Below, piece by piece: positions 49,356 through 61,520 of a stretch of 64,000 nt of DNA. Each line of letters opens with the position of its first letter. Within the stretch, counting starts at the first letter, position 1. Both the position numbers and the translations under genes were made by a program. This stretch comes from Lama guanicoe (lineage: Eukaryota), in NCBI GenBank assembly GCA_013239625.1, contig MU053881.1:4547957-4611956 (forward strand). The letters are read 5' to 3'. Under the pieces are notes generated by a model. The model saw only the letters and a list, made by a program, of their open reading frames with translations. It had not been told where the DNA came from and searched no databases.

Positions 49356-50344
49356 AAAACAGACAGCATGTTATTAGCCCAAGGATATAAAAACAAACTC
49401 ATGAAATACAATAGAGAGGCCAGAAACAGACCCACACTATGTGGGCATATTACTGGCACAGTCACTTTGGAAAACCATGATACCTACTAAACTGAACATG
49501 TACATACATGATTCAGAAATCCACATACATATATACACACACATTCACACACACACGTATATATAATATGTATATTTCCCCCAAAACCATGTACAAAAAT
49601 ATTTCTAAGGGCACTATTCATAATAGCTAAAAACTATTGGTGTCAAATTATGTTAGCATAAAAATATAAAACATCTAGAAATAAGACTGATAAATGATGA
49701 ACAAGATCCGTACATATACAAACATTAAGGAGAGAAACTAATAAATACGGAAGCCAACAGGAGTACATACCTAGGAATAAATCTAACTAATGATGCCCAT
49801 CAAGAGCAGAATAGATAAATTGTGATAGACTCAAACATCTGAATAATATACAGTGAGGATGTACAAATTACAACTTCACACACCATCAGTGAATTTCACA
49901 GACTAACGTGGAGCAAAAAGTATTCCACACAGAAGCGCGCATATTGTGTGATTCTATTTACATGAAGCTCAAAAACAGAACGAATTGTAGATGATAAAAT
50001 GCAAGAGGGTGGCGGCTCTTGTGAGAGTAATTGACTGGGAGGAGGCGTAAGGGGCTTCAGGGAGTTGCAAAATTCAGTTCTTCCAACCGAGTTCTGGTTA
50101 CCTGGGTGTGCTCAGTGTGTGAAAATTCTTTGAAGCATCGCCTTATGGTTTAGATGAAATGTTTCCTGAAAAATAAAAGGGAGGCAAATCTACTCAGCCA
50201 TGTGCTGATGCTTGAGACCTCAATGTCCCAAGGCCTTGACTTTTGAACATAAGTAACTATTTATCCATTCAGTCAGTCATTTATTCAGCAAATGTGCATT
50301 AAGCGCCTACAGTGCTTAGCCAGTCAACACACCCCCGACATAGT

Positions 50345-50786
50345 CGAGCTTCTATTTTAGAGGAAAGAGATGGACAGTGGACCAAGACAGACGGTGTCAA
50401 ATGGGCTCCCTTGTCCTCCAGCTTCTGGAAGATTTGACCAATGGGAGAACCGACAGGAGAACCCGAGCTGGGGAAGAAAGGAAGGTATATTTATTTGCCA
50501 GTTCCCTCCCTTGCGGGGTTGCCGCAGGCAGAATGTGTTCCCTGACCGAAGGCCCCAGCTCCTGCCCACTAGGCAGCCCTCTCTATCCAGCTTCCCTCTC
50601 TGGGCACTGATGATTGCCCCGTTCACTTGCTGGTGTTGGCTCCCAGCTGAGACCAGCATCAGGACCCTACAGCAGGGGACCCTCCTTTCTCAAAATTCCA
50701 CCCCCTTTATAAACAGTCCCTTATTAAACTTCTCAAGTGACCCATTTCGAACTCTCCTTGTCCAATCAGGACTCTGATGGATGCAC
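50345..50786 (+). mobile_element. LTR16-like ERVL LTR, inside an L2 remnant spanning ~50260-50960
   Basis: GGGCTCCCTTGTCCTCCAGCTTCTGG...TTTGACCAATGGGAG...ATAAACAGTCCCTTATTAAACTTCTC. Confidence 0.7.
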
Positions 50787-51143
50787 AAGATGAATTTCAG
50801 CCAGGGAGAAAGAAGATGAAGGGTAATAAAGCAAAATGGCATGATGGAAAGCAGCGGATGGGAGGGGGTGACTTTAGATAGAGTGGTCAGGGAAGCCGAG
50901 CTGGGAATGGAGACATTTGAATTGGGAGCTGAGCGACAAAGAGGCTCTAGTCATGAGAAGAGCCGATTCAATATCTCTTATTTGTCTTTTGATATCTTGA
51001 TCATCCCCTTGGAGCTAAACATTTTCCTTTGCTGCCAGACATCTCAGAAATTTGAATGTGCACGTCCTATAACTCTGCAGGAAGGGGTAACTAAGTGGCA
51101 TTTCCCAAACTACACCTTCAACCCAGAACTTTTTTCTCTAAAG

Positions 51144-51460
51144 CAGTGCTGTCCGATAGAAATCTAATACAAGCCACGAGTATAATTTGACAACTTTCAG
51201 TAGTCATATTAAAGTCAACAAATAAGAAGCAGGTGAAAATGATTTTGATAATATATCTTATTTAAAACAGTATATACAAATGTTATCAATGCAACACAGA
51301 ATCAATATCACATTATTAATGAGCTCTTTCCCATTCTTTTTTGAAGACGAGTCCTAAGGCTTTAAAATCTAGTGAGTCGTGTAAGCTGCCAGCACATCCC
51401 AACTCTGTCTAGCCATACCGTGCTTGTGGCCACATATGGTACCATATTGGGACAACACAG
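51144..51460. mobile_element. MER33/MER3-like hAT-Charlie MITE
   Basis: CAGTGCTGTCCGATAGAAAT...TACCATATTGGGACAACACAG; 8-bp TSD CTCTAAAG (51136-51143) / CTCTAGAG (51461-51468). Confidence 0.88.
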
Positions 51461-51656
51461 CTCTAGAGAATTCTGTGGGTCTTCTGTTCTGCAGGGCATT
51501 CTTCAGGAAACCCTTCCCTAAAAAGGGACCCATGGCTAGAACCTTCCCCCCATGGCGAAGAGCCAGGACAAAAGTATCTACAGAACGGTTGTAAAAGGTG
51601 TCATCCCAGAAGATGTGTGAACCATTGTCAGAAATACCTCAATCTGTGGACGAATA

Positions 51657-51701
<45 letters not shown>

Positions 51702-51704
51702 TAG
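51657..51704 (+). repeat. Compound (GATA)n(GACA)n tetranucleotide microsatellite
   Basis: Direct reading. Confidence 0.97.
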
Positions 51705-51738
51705 GACATGTGGTCCAATCTTTCTTTTTGTACAGGGC

Positions 51739-52230
51739 TGTTTTGGTTATCTTTTGCTATGCAATAATTCAATCCCAAACTTAGTGACTTAAAACAACAA
51801 GGATCATTTCTTTGCTCATGATTTTGCAGCTGGACCAGTGGGGACACTTCATGTCTGCTCCAAGCGGCATCAGCAGGGTCAGCCGGGCGGGGGCTGGAAG
51901 ATGCGCTCTCCAGCTGCCTGACTCCTGCGGCCGACAAGCTGGTGCTGGCTGTTGGCTGGGAGTTCAGCTGGGCGCTCAGGGAATGGAGAAGAATCGTGGG
52001 CTTCTCCACGGGGCTGCCTGGGCGGCCTCACAGCATGGCAGCTGTCTTCAGGAGGGAGAAAGCAGAAGCAGCCAGTCCTGTCAAAGCTAGACCTGGCACT
52101 GACTGGCACAGCATCGTTGCTGCCCCAATTCAAGAGAAATACAGCTCACTTCTCAGTGTAGGAAATACAGCTCACTTCTCAGTGTAGGAAGAGACAAAGA
52201 ACCCTCGATTATCTTTGATCCACCGTTCAC
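51739..52230 (-). mobile_element. MaLR MLT1 (H-like) LTR
   Basis: AAACTTAGTGACTTAAAACAAC...GCTGGTGCTGGCTGTTGGCTGGGAG...CCTCACAGCATGGCAGCTG. Confidence 0.85.
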
Positions 52231-52261
52231 ATCCATATTGGGGGTGGTTTAAAAGAATTAA

Positions 52262-52440
52262 AAAAAATTGTTTTCAATTGAAGTAAGCTGATTTACAGTA
52301 TTGTGCTGGGTCCAGGTATACAGCACAGTGATTCAATTATACATACTTTTTTTCAGATTCTTTTCCATTACAGGTTATTACAAGATATTGAACATAGTTC
52401 CCCGTGCTATACTGTAAATCCTTGTTATCCGATTTATGCA
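52262..52440 (-). mobile_element. Short cetartiodactyl-type LINE-1 3' end
   Basis: ATTGAAGTAAGCTGATTTACAG...CAGATTCTTTTCCATTACAGGTTATTACAAGATATTGAACATAGTTCCCCGTGCTATAC. Confidence 0.88.
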
Positions 52441-52589
52441 TCCATATTTTAGTTGATCCTCCCAGCAACATTTTTTCAGCTTTAATAATTCATTTATTTG
52501 ATAAGCCTGAAATAAATATGAGAAAATCTTAATTACGTATGCATGCATAGAACACAAATGTTTGCTATAGTTGTCTCTACATAATTTTT

Positions 52590-53590
52590 CTGTTTTCTTT
52601 CAATTGATAGGCTTATTTTTAAGAACAGCTTTAGCTTTAGAGGAAAAATTGCAAAGATTCTACAGACTTCTCATATATTCCTAATATATATATTAGTGGC
52701 ATCTTACATTCGTGTGGCACATATGTCACCATCAATGAACTACTATTCATCTCTTATTACTACATCCCATTGTTTATTCAGACATCCTTGGTTTTAAGCT
52801 AATGTCTTTTTTTCTTTTCCAGGGTCCCGTCCAGAGTGCCACTTGACATTTAGCTGTTTGTGACTCCTTAGGTTCCTCTTGGCTGTGACGTTTTCTCAGA
52901 CCTTCCTTGTTTTTGAAGAACTTGACGGTAAGGTACAGTGTAGGATGCCCTATAATTGGGATTTGTCTCGTGTTTTCCTCATGGTTAGATTGAGGTTATG
53001 GGTTTAGGGGAGGAAGATCACAGAGGTAAAGTGCTATTTTCATCACACCATATAACATACTATCAACATGGTTTAATATTTTCTGGTATTTTAATCTCAA
53101 CATGTAACCAATCAAGATACTTTTCTCCCTTCATCCCTCTTTCTTTCTTTCTTTCCTTTTTTGTGAGGAGAGGTAGCTAGGTTTATTTATTTACTTCTTT
53201 TTAGAAGAGGTACTGGGGATTGAACCCGGGACCTCCTGCATGCTAAGCACGCGCTCTACCCCTTGAGCTATACCCTCTCCCCTTCAACATGGTTCATGAT
53301 TGCCAATGTTGACCTTGATGACCTGACAGAGGTGGTGTTTGTCAGTCTCTCCACTAGAAAGTTCCTCCTGTTTGGAAATTGCTACGAGCAGCCCATACAT
53401 GCCCCTCCTTTAGGATGAAGTCTCTGTATAAATTATTTGGAATTTGCCAGCATGGGAGGTTTGTCTCTTCTCCCTCATTATTAATTTATCAACCATTCGT
53501 TTTTATCTGTACAGACTCATATTTATTTTATACTTTGGATTATAATGCAATACTACTTTGTTTTGATGCTCAAACTAGCCACCAGAGGCT
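52590..53590 (-). mobile_element. L1MC-like 3' UTR, split by a SINE
   Basis: TTCTCAGACCTTCCTTGTTTTTG, GGGGAGGAAGATCACAGAGGTAAAGTG, GAGGTGGTGTTTGTCAG, AAATTATTTGGAATT. Confidence 0.85.
53074..53282 (-). mobile_element. Camelid tRNA-derived SINE (Vic-1 type) with long tail
   Basis: GTACTGGGGATTGAACCCGGGACCTCCTGCATGCTAAGCACGCGCTCTACCCCTTGAGCTATACCCTC; TSD TCAACATGGTT at 53063-53073 and 53284-53294. Confidence 0.92.
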
Positions 53591-54574
53591 CTTTCATTTC
53601 TTCAGCAACACTGTGATTTGGATACTGTCATCGCCATGAGAACGGTGAGAAAAGGCAATTCATTCGAGCAGTGAGACAAGCCCCAGACACGGCAGCCCAG
53701 CTCTGACCTGAGTCTCCACTGCACACGATTACCCTGCACGGGCCCTTTGCTGTTGCCTAGGGGACTGGCTCAGATTGCCAGGCAGCTCCTCCTAGACGCT
53801 CAAGCAGGTCCCTGCTGGCTGCAGGAGGTGTGTGTCAGACCTCTCCATATTCTGTAAGTTCACCGCCAAGGAGAGGGTAATTATATACCTCAACAAAGAA
53901 ACAAACAAAAAACTCTGGATCGTAATGAAGCAGTTTGAGGCTCCATAAATACTGCTTTCCTAGTCCTCATCCATCTCAGAAGCAAATTAGAGCTTGCCTG
54001 GGGGGCTGGGCATGAGCTTGCTGCCCTGCCCCACCCACGGGGTTCCAGGGGTCCTCACCAGGAGCACCACTGATGAGCCACGGCTGGGAACCTGGGAACA
54101 CGTACACAACCCCAACCTAAAGGAAGGGAGCGTGCAGTGGCCCCCTCTCCACACGTACTTGCTCTGGAATCTCAGTCTCCACTGACCCCCAGGACGAGTG
54201 TCCTGGCCATGGGCAATGACTGCACAAGTCTTTCTCTTTGTAGCCAGCAGTGCGCCATCTTGAGAAATTGACTGGCTCTGGATGGAAAGTACACAAACAG
54301 CGCCACAAAGAAGATCCCATTTAAAGAACCTTTCACATCCTTCAGGGGTCTGCCTTGTGTCAGTGGGTCAGACACGTGACTCTGGAGAAAAAGGCGATTT
54401 CAACCTTGACCTCGATGATGTGCTCAGGAAGTCATTCAGAGGCGAGGCATATTTTAATACCCAAGTTCCCATCCACACAGGGCAGATTCTGTATGATCTA
54501 CTATTAAGAACTTAATGCAGCAAATGTTTTTAAGTCCAACACCTCTCTTTGTAAGTACTTTTTAAAACAAAGCT

Positions 54575-55037
54575 GTAATGGCCAACAGGCACATGAAAAG
54601 ATGCTCTAACTATCAGAGAAACGCATCTCAAAACTACAAGGAGTCAGAAGCATTATTTTCATCACAGCATATGAAAGGTACATGCTATCAACATGCTTTA
54701 TGATTCCTGATGTTGACCTTTGATGAAAACAGCACTAGTCTCACACTAGTCAGAATGGCCATCATCAAAACGTTTACAAACATAAATGCTGGAGAGCATG
54801 TGGACAAAGGGGAATCTTCCTACGCTGTTGGTGGGAATGTAAATTGGTGCAGCCATTATGGGGAACAGTATAGAGGTTCCTTGAAAAACTGAAAATAGAG
54901 TTACCATATGATCCAGCAGTCCCACTCTTGGACATATATCCAGAGAAAACCAATGTTCATAGCAGCACTGTTTACAATAGCCAAGACATGGAAGCAAACT
55001 AAATGTCCATCAACAGAGAAGTGGATAAAGAAGATGT

Positions 55038-55076
<39 letters not shown>

Positions 55077-55596
55077 TGGAATATTACTCAGCCATAAAAA
55101 AGAATGAAATCATGTCATTTGCAGCAATATGAATGACCTGAAGATTGTCATACTAAGTGATGTAAGTCAGAAAGAGACAGAACAATACCATGATATCACT
55201 TATATGTGGAATCTAAAAAAAGACACAAATGAACTTATAGACAAAACAGAGACAGACTCACAGACACAGAAAACAAACTACAGTAACCAGGGGGAAAGGG
55301 GATGGGGAAGGGTAAATCGGGAGCTCAGGATTTGCAGATACTGACTTTATATAAAACGGATGAACAACAAGGTCCTACTGTATAGCACAGGGAACTATAT
55401 TCAATAATTTTTAATGGCCTATAATGAAAAAGAATATGAAAAGGAATATATATGTATAAATGAATCACTATGCTGTACACCAGAAATTAATACATTGTAA
55501 ATTGACTGTACTTCAATAAATAAAATAAAATAAAATAAAATAAAATAAAATAAAATAAAACAATATAAAATAAAATAAAATAAAATAAAATAAAAT
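54575..55596 (+). mobile_element. Cetartiodactyl-type LINE-1, ORF2 end and 3' UTR, with internal (TA)n and (TAAAA)n tail
   Basis: ORF remnants PMFIAALFTIAKTWKQTKCPS and EYYSAIKKNEIMSFAA; (TA)n at ~55040-55076; tail at ~55515-55596. Confidence 0.92.
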
Positions 55597-55699
55597 ACCA
55601 CTTGCCAGAGTGGTTCACACTGAGTTTTCAACTCTGTGGCCCAGACCCAAGTCCAGCCTCTGAACTGTGTCACTTGAAGGGAAGGAAACCATCAAGGGC

Positions 55700-55900
55700 C
55701 TGCTTTGTGCCAGACATACCTGGCAGTGGATGTTTCACTTTCTGTAGCTTAATTATTCATCACAGAACCCTCAGAAGGATGACATTAACACCATTTGATA
55801 GCTGGGACATCAGGACCCAGAGAAGTTAAGCAACCTGCTCAGGGTAACACAGCCAGGAAGTAGGTTATCCGGGCGGGCCTTGGACTAAACACGATTGTCT
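55700..55900 (-). mobile_element. MIR SINE
   Basis: CAGAGAAGTTAAGCAACCTGCTCAGGGTAACACAGCCAGGAAGT. Confidence 0.7.
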
Positions 55901-56488
55901 GAGCTCCTGTTTTTCTACGGTGGTCTCACTTGTGTTGTGTGTTGGTCGGGCTGTTTCAGACTGCAGGGAACAGAGAGGTGCCTTGGTGCTCGTTCTTGCG
56001 TGACTTGGGGATGAATTACAAGAATCCAGAGGGAGTAAAGGAACCCAGGAAGCAAACGCAACCACAGCAGTAGCCAGACTCAGGCTTCCTGGAGAGAAAC
56101 AGCAACCTGGCCGCCCTGCGGGGGCAACTGGCTGCCGCTTCTGGTGATGCTGCCCCGCTCGACATATTCTGTCCCTCCCTCCCCGCCAGCCCCTCCCTTC
56201 TCTCTCTCTTGCTCTGTGTGTCTCGTGGTTTCTGCCTCATGGTTCCATAGCCCAGTTCCCACCAAACCCCTACTCCATGTGTGTGTCTCCCTTTTCCAAG
56301 GACAGTTTGGGAAGAGACCAGGCACCTCATGGGTGGAGGTCCTCACGTGTCCAGCTAATCCTTGGCCCGATCACGTGTCCATGGTCACGAGGCCACGTGA
56401 CACAAATGTGGCTAGTTACACAGAAGATATCACTGTTCCTCAAAAAGGAGGTGTGGGTGTGGCAGGCACTGGGGGTCCCAGGGGCTTC

Positions 56489-56928
56489 TGTATTAGCTTC
56501 CTGTGGCTGCCATAACAAATCAGGAGAAGCTGGGGACCTGAAAAACAATAGATACGCGTTCTCCCACACCTTCAGGAGGCCAGAAGACTGAAATCAAGAT
56601 GTCAACAAGGCTGTCACTGGGGGAGATTCCTTCCTCGCCTCTTCCAGCTTCCGGTGGCCCAGGCGTTCGTTCCTTGGCTTGTTGCTTCACTCCCATCTCT
56701 GCCTCTGATGCCGTGTGGCCTTCTTCGCCCTGAGCATCTCTGTCTTCTCCTCTTGTTCTAAGGACCCCAGTCACTCGATTCAGGACCCATCCTAAACCCA
56801 GCATGATTCCATCATAAGATCCTAAACTAAGTACATCAGCAAAGACCCGGTTTCCAGATAAAGTCACAGTCTGGGTTTCCAGGTGGATATGGATTTGGGG
56901 ACGGGGGTACACGACATAAACCACTGAA
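56489..56928 (-). mobile_element. MaLR MLT1 (C/D-like) solo LTR
   Basis: TGTATTAGCTTCCTGTGGCTGCCATAACAAAT...GAGGCCAGAAGACTGAAATCAAG; 5-bp TSD GCTTC at 56484-56488 and 56929-56933. Confidence 0.92.
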
Positions 56929-59900
56929 GCTTCTCTACAGCACAGTGTGGTGTCACACCCCCCCTCCAACGTACCAGGGTCTCCGAGAGAGCAGTGGCTT
57001 CTTTTGGATCTGCCCCCAGCATGACACCAGGTACTAATTAAACACGTACTGACTAACCAGCATAGATAAGGAAAAAAATTCTGAAAAATCAATTGTTACA
57101 TCGTTTTATCAAAGTCCCTGCCTCCTGCGTGTTTCTGTTCCCATCTCTGGCACCCTGTATGCATCACGGCTGCCCGGTAGTAACTTTCTGGGCCACCCAC
57201 ACCACACAGCACCCTTCCCAGAGATGTGGATGTGCGAATCTGCCCTGTCTTCTGGACAGAGGTCTGCCACCTCTGCAGACCTCACCCTGCCTTCTAGTGT
57301 TTTCCTGCCCCTGAGCCAACCGAGCCCAAAATCCACGTCGCGGTTCCCTTCAGGTGCCTTCTCAGTCGCATGGGGAGACAAATGAGATCTGCTCCGGTTT
57401 GGCTTTGTTCACGAAATGTCCTCTGGTGGGAAAACACAACCGAACCGAAGCCCCAAACTCCGGTTTGGTTCTCAGTGATATAAAAAATACTTGGATTTGG
57501 TTCGAGGTTGAGCAAACTGGTGCATTGTGTTCTGGTTTCTGGTTCGTAGTTCAGGCCAAGTCCCTGCTCCAGACAGAAAGAATGTCCCTGGAATGTGTCT
57601 TCCAACGAGGGCTCAACAGCTGAACGCGCCGGGGGTCCCAGCGGAGGCCGCCTGCTCAGCAGACGCCCGGGGACGTCCCTGCAGCTCCAGCCGCCATCTC
57701 CGAGGCTGCGGGGACAGGGCTCGGCGGCATGTCCGGCCTGCTTCTCCGAGGAAGGCCATGCTCCCTTCCATGGCCTAGAGAGGGACACAGGGCATGAGCG
57801 CGGCTGAGCCCGCTCTCAGCCCGAGGGACCGGGGAGAGGGGTGGGGGTGTCACTGTGTAGATGTGCCAGCATCACACAAGCACAGCTCCAGGGATCTCAG
57901 GGGCCAGCGGAGAACCTAAAGGACTAAACAAACATTTGGCTGATCGGGAGGCCATGGGGGAGTGGTGGGTGCTGGGGCGACCGGCCACAGGCATTCAAAT
58001 TCAGACTGTCTTCAGCCCAGTGCGCCTTCTGTGCAGCTGGCTGGTCTGAGAGGCCTGTGGAGGACGCCCCACGCCTTCCTAGTTGGCAAGCGTAGACTCA
58101 GAGCACAGTTTATCAGGGCCACACATCTCTCTCCCTCCCCAGCCAGGAAGCGAGGCAGGGCCAAGGACAGACCATCAGGATACTCGTCCCCAGGGAGCAG
58201 CTGGGGGTGTTGGGGACACCGGGCAGTGAATCATCTAGGAGGAATTTTGAAAGGAACACACATATTTCCACTCTAGGCTCCCTCCCACGCCGATCCACAC
58301 ACATCAAAGGGGTCCTCAGATGCAGGGCTGATCCGGCTCGCCCTAAATGCTGGAAACCCGAGGGCTGGGACCAGAAGGCACGTCCCTGAGGGGCTGCGCC
58401 AATAATGCGATGTGGGGAGGGACACAGGCCACCACGCAGGAAGCTGACAAGCACTGTCAAGGGAAATGGAATTAAAGCTCCAAGCGGCGCTGTAGCCACA
58501 TACCTCTGTTTCTCAGGGTGATTTTTCTTATACCCTCATCCTTTACAAAAACAATCGACCAACGGTCAGTCTTATCAAGGCAGCTGGGGTGTCCCCTGAC
58601 TTAGCTCAAAGCCATTTTTATTCTGCCGTGACTCCGTGGATGGCGATCACCGCCTGAGACATGATCCAGAAATATTTCCCAGGGCAGCCACCCTGACGGG
58701 ACCCGACCACCAGCACATGGACTTTCAGATGGGTTCAATTACAGGGTTTCTTACACCTACATCTTCATTAGTTCTACATTGCCGAGTACTTGGAATGTGC
58801 TGTCAGCTTAAAAAAAAAAAAGTGTTATTTTTTTCCCAAGGATTCAACACTGTCTAGTCCTATTTAAAAAAGAAAGGGAAAAAAAAATAGCTTGGCTCAA
58901 GCATATATTGCTAATGGGCATGGAATTGATTCACAAGTCCCCAAATCTAGTTATGTAAAAGTAATTACTGCAACCTAGGGTAATTGGTTCCATATCCAAT
59001 AGTCACAGAAGGCTGTGTATATATATGGATTTGAATTGGGAGAAAAAAGAATGAAAATGGAAAAAAAAAAAGAAATGTCAGAGAGCATTTAAACTACATA
59101 TATATATTTATGTACCCCTAGAACATCTCTAGCTGTGTGGGATAAAGATCTTGAAAGAAATCAAGGTAACAGAACTGGCAGAGACCAGAGCCCTGAAGAC
59201 CCGAGCATCTCAAGCAAGACTGGGAAGTGGGCAGTCTGGGCACCGGAAATCACGAAGAACAGAGTCGACGGCAGCCTGGAAGGCCCACTCCACAGCTAGT
59301 GACTTCCAGCATGCAGTGGGTGGACACCTCGTGCTCAGCGGCAGGGCGTACCCCAAAGTCCCGGTGAAGCCTCTGCCTGGCTCCCAGTCCGTGGAGTTTC
59401 ATATCTTATTTGTGGCTCTGGGAACCCAGTTCCACCTCTGTCCCACAAGTGGGTCCTCCAGAGTTGGAAGGTATTAGCCTTAGAGGACGCAGCACAGGGT
59501 CTGCTGGAACCTTCCCATATGGCTTCAGAAACCACTGCATCAAAGAAAGGGATCCGTGGGGAAGATCTGTGGACCTGAAGGAAACTTTATGGGCAAACAG
59601 GAAGACCTTCAGAGTTGGAAACTCTGGAAGGGCGTTAAAGGCAAACTTTCCCCAGTGATGTGGAGATGATGGAATTGACTTCACGGATCTAAATGTGAGA
59701 TTTGACACTGATGTCTGTTACACTTTGTGCTTGTTGGAGCTTAAGATTTTTTCGAGCTTTCTTTCTGCCACCTACTTCTGTCCTGGCTTTGTTTCATCGG
59801 CAAATGTAATAAGCCTACCTTACGTATCTTGTACATATTATTAATGAAAATGCCGGATAAGGGAAGCCCTCACCCACCCAGGGACCTCCACCCACTTGTC

Positions 59901-61374
59901 AAGAAGGGTTGTCCAACCAGGTCCACGCTCACTGCCCTGCTCTACCCGCCCTCACACAGTTCCCCCTCCTGCCTCTAAGGATAACACCCCATCTGGGGGG
60001 TCGAGAGGAGGGCACAGCTCGGCAATCAGATTGCCAAGGGCGTCTTCTCTTTGTTTGGGTTCACAAAGAGTTAGGAAACACGGTGTGCTGAAATGACCCG
60101 GTGGAGCATGCACGCAATTCTGTGGACCCTGGCCCCGGCTACTATTGCAAATTCCACACCACAACCAGAGAGGCTCCTGGCTTCTCCGTGTTATCTCTGG
60201 CCAGCCTCTGCAGATTCTCAGCCTGGCAAGAGAGGTCCGTTTTTAAAATTCTGGCAACTCTGCAGGGTCCATCACACGCTGCCTTTGATTTGGGGGGTCT
60301 TGATTTCAGCTTAAGCCATGTAACTTTCAGTGGGTTTTGTTCATGTCTCCGTGTCACCTTGGATTTGGTTCATCAAAGTCAGTCTTCCAGAAGGGTGCGT
60401 GGGCCCGGCAGTCCCCACGGGTGTTTCCTTGATATATAATTCATAAGAAGTGCCAGAGGGGGAGCAGAGACACTCTTGTTCCTCCTTCATGAAGTTCAGC
60501 CCAAGGCCATGAGACATTTTTAAATAAGAGGATGAAAAAAACTAAATGTTTGAGATAAATAACTGGAAACCTAGCTAACTCACAAATGCACTCACAGCAC
60601 ATTTAGTCATTTGAGCTTTGGGATGCTCCGTAGGCAGAAAAGGGTTTAAATTCAGAACAGCTGGACTGAACAGAGCCCCCATCAGTGTTCCAGAGACCTG
60701 GCCTGAGGCAGAGCTGGGGGACGATGACAACAGCTCTCCTCAGGGTGTGCAGGGCTATCTGCTCTCCCCACGGAGTGGCGGAGCCGCCACGTGTTCCCGT
60801 TTTACAAACTGACAGCAGTTATGATTAGAAAGGGTTTTGCTGCCAATTTGAGAATATATAGACTAGCAGGACTAGAGAATAAATTTCAGCAACTTGTCCA
60901 GCTGGCTGAGAGGCAGCTGCCCATTTGGAATGTAAACGAAGGTACGGGCTGAGAAATGAGAGGAGAAATATTTGCCCTCAGTCTTTCAGAGGAGGGGGAA
61001 AGGACTGTGGGAAACTATAGTGTTTCACAGCTCTGGCCTCAGTTTCCAGCTCTTTAAAATGCTAGAGGTCTTGCACAGGTGGGAGGATTTACTAAGATAA
61101 TAGTGCAAGTGGGAACACTATTAGGAAAGAGAGGAGGAGAAAGAAAGAAGGAAAGAGAGAAAGAAAAAAGGGGAGAGAGAGGGACAGAAAAGACTTTCAG
61201 TCTTCACCCACTGATCTGTACTGCCCGAGGCCACACCAACCCACAGAGAAAGGCAGAATTGAGATAATTTTGTTCACTCAAAACTTTTTTTATTGTTCTG
61301 GATACTGCTCGAAGAGCCTAGGTTACATCAGCAGATAAAGCAGGTGAAAACGCCTGCCCTCATGGACAGAAGGA

Positions 61375-61520
61375 GTGCTGAAGCCTGATCAAACTGTGCC
61401 TGAAGCCTTCCAACCCCTAGACAGTTGCATTATCGGAGCCAATAAATTCCCAAAGCACTTAAGCCAGTTAGAGTTGGCTTTTTTGTTACTTGCAAAGCAG
61501 AGTATCCTGTCTAACCACCA
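61375..61520 (+). mobile_element. 3' end of an old MLT1/LTR16-type LTR
   Basis: GCCTGAAGCC...GAGCCAATAAATTCCC...TTAAGCCAGTTAGAGTTGG...TTACTTGCAA. Confidence 0.7.

Larger units (their letters stand above)
45225..50175 (+). mobile_element. Old LINE-1 (L1MC/MD-like), ORF2 through 3' end, host of several nested insertions
   Basis: Begins with endonuclease-region remnant ATCAGTAATTACATTAAATGTAAATGG; TTCTCTGACCACAG (FSDH); ends GTTACCTGGGTGTGCTCAG...AAATAAAA. Confidence 0.9.

Noticed and set aside
56520..57092. 190-aa minus-strand ORF
   Set aside because: Largely a translation of the MLT1 LTR
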